This document shows positions 39,064 through 40,000 of a DNA stretch of 40,000 nt, piece after piece; positions within the stretch are counted from its first letter, which is position 1, and each line of letters begins with the position of its first letter. The notes under the pieces were generated by a model. That model was not told the origin of the DNA, made no database searches, and was given only the letters and a program-made list of their open reading frames with translations. This DNA is from Enterobacter asburiae (GTDB lineage Bacteria > Pseudomonadota > Gammaproteobacteria > Enterobacterales > Enterobacteriaceae), in the NCBI RefSeq assembly GCF_001521715.1, contig NZ_CP011863.1, forward strand, positions 2,133,717 to 2,173,716. The letters run 5' to 3'. The position numbers and the translations under genes are program-made.

Positions 39064-40000
39064 TTAAAGCTTATCCAGCAGCTTCTTCACATCCTTACCG
39101 TCCTGTGAATCTTTATTGCGTTCCGCCCAGCCGCTAAGCCGACGTTTCGCTTCATCCTGCAGATGCTTACGCAGGATCTGATCCACCTCCAGACTGTAAT
39201 TCAGGGCCTGCCATTTGCCGTATACGGTCAGCGGGACCGGCGTCTCTTTCAGGAAGTCGATGAGCTTGCTTTCACCCTGCCAGCCGGAAAGTACCCGCAC
39301 GTTAAAGCGCGTGTCAGCCGTCTCTTTCACCAGATCCAGCTTACCTTCACCGGTCATTGATAAGAATGAAGAAGTACCCTGCATACCGTCGAGAGTAAGT
39401 TGTCCGTTGTCCAGCGTCAGGTCCGTGGTGAAGCTGTCGAGGCGCGTGGCGCTGTCGTAGTTATCCTGGGCCTTCACATCGCTGCTGCGCTCGACCGCCT
39501 GCTGCACCAGCTGCTGGAAGTTAAGCCCTTCCATACGGGAATTTTTCAGATCAAGATGCGCCTGCCCTTGCCACTCGTGGCGGAAAGCATCGGCATCAAT
39601 TTTCGTGCCTGAGAAGTCACCCGCGAGCGTCAACTGCCCCGTCAGGGATATCGGATAGTTAAACGCGTTCAGGATGGTGCCTATCTCAACGTTGTCGAGA
39701 CGCGGCTGGAATTCGGCGGTGGCAACGTCTTTACGGACGTCCAGCGTGCCGGGCAGCGAGAGGTTCCCTGCGCCCATCTTTCCGCTCAGCTCGGAGATCA
39801 CCAGCAAACCGTTATGGTTAAACATCTGGCTGCTCACGTCGGTAAAATCAATGCCGCGCCAGCGCAGGCTATTGGCTTTCAGCAGAATATCCGCCGAGAA
39901 CCCGCGCAGGGCGTTATAGTCAGGTTGATCGAGATTAGACGAGATTACCGGACGTGATACCGGTGCCTGGCTTTGCCCCGTCTGCGTGGCATCGCTGTCC
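39064..40000 (-). CDS. asmA: outer-membrane assembly protein AsmA, C-terminal ~312 codons; N-terminus beyond the right window edge
   Basis: The frame stays open to nt 40000 (hand translation: ...LDQPDYNALRGFSADILLKANSLRWRGIDFTDVSSQMFNHNG...). The C-terminus ...KLIDFLKETPVPLTVYGKWQALNYSLEVDQILRKHLQDEAKRRLSGWAERNKD matches E. coli AsmA from memory. The track's start at 39837 is an internal GTG. Confidence 0.92.
   Translation of the reverse strand, partial: DSDATQTGQSQAPVSRPVISSNLDQPDYNALRGFSADILLKANSLRWRGIDFTDVSSQMFNHNGLLVISELSGKMGAGNLSLPGTLDVRKDVATAEFQPRLDNVEIGTILNAFNYPISLTGQLTLAGDFSGTKIDADAFRHEWQGQAHLDLKNSRMEGLNFQQLVQQAVERSSDVKAQDNYDSATRLDSFTTDLTLDNGQLTLDGMQGTSSFLSMTGEGKLDLVKETADTRFNVRVLSGWQGESKLIDFLKETPVPLTVYGKWQALNYSLEVDQILRKHLQDEAKRRLSGWAERNKDSQDGKDVKKLLDKL

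Noticed and set aside
1-40000. Window-wide search for defence systems, toxin-antitoxin pairs, secretion systems, retrons/DGRs, or novel operons hidden among the polysaccharide genes.
   Set aside because: Every ORF of meaningful length on the coding strand is accounted for by a polysaccharide-biosynthesis or known flanking gene, and no unexplained multi-gene module remains.

Overview
Enterobacterial chromosomal surface-polysaccharide super-locus of the E. coli/Enterobacter/Citrobacter type. The genus cannot be fixed from sequence alone. Almost everything is on the minus strand.

From right to left the window holds:
- the 3' part of asmA;
- yegH (plus strand);
- a ~690-nt AT-rich regulatory spacer carrying a JUMPstart/ops element;
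- the complete 20-gene colanic acid cluster (wza-wzb-wzc-wcaA-B-C-D-E-F-gmd-fcl-gmm-wcaI-cpsB-cpsG-wcaJ-wzxC-wcaK-L-M), at ~55-60% G+C by hand counts;
- galF with a strong intrinsic terminator;
- a second JUMPstart/ops;
- at least 13 genes of a Wzx/Wzy-dependent O-antigen cluster (rmlB ... rmlA) with much lower, stratified G+C, running off the left edge.

Three copies of a G-rich nested-palindrome repeat family and one REP-like unit sit in intergenic spacers. I saw no rRNA/tRNA, CRISPR, IS/transposase, integrase, prophage, toxin-antitoxin or defence-type genes.

I do not see a convincing wholly new system. 13-40 kb is ordinary, well-described biology. The only accessory, potentially undescribed content is the mosaic O-antigen locus (1-12.7 kb). 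Its notable points are:
- dispersed rml genes with no rmlD in view;
- an SDR whose catalytic Tyr appears replaced by Phe;
- an N-acetyltransferase with no partner aminotransferase in view;
- an unclassifiable 336-aa putative transferase.

All homology statements come from my memory of protein families and of E. coli K-12 sequences, not from a search.
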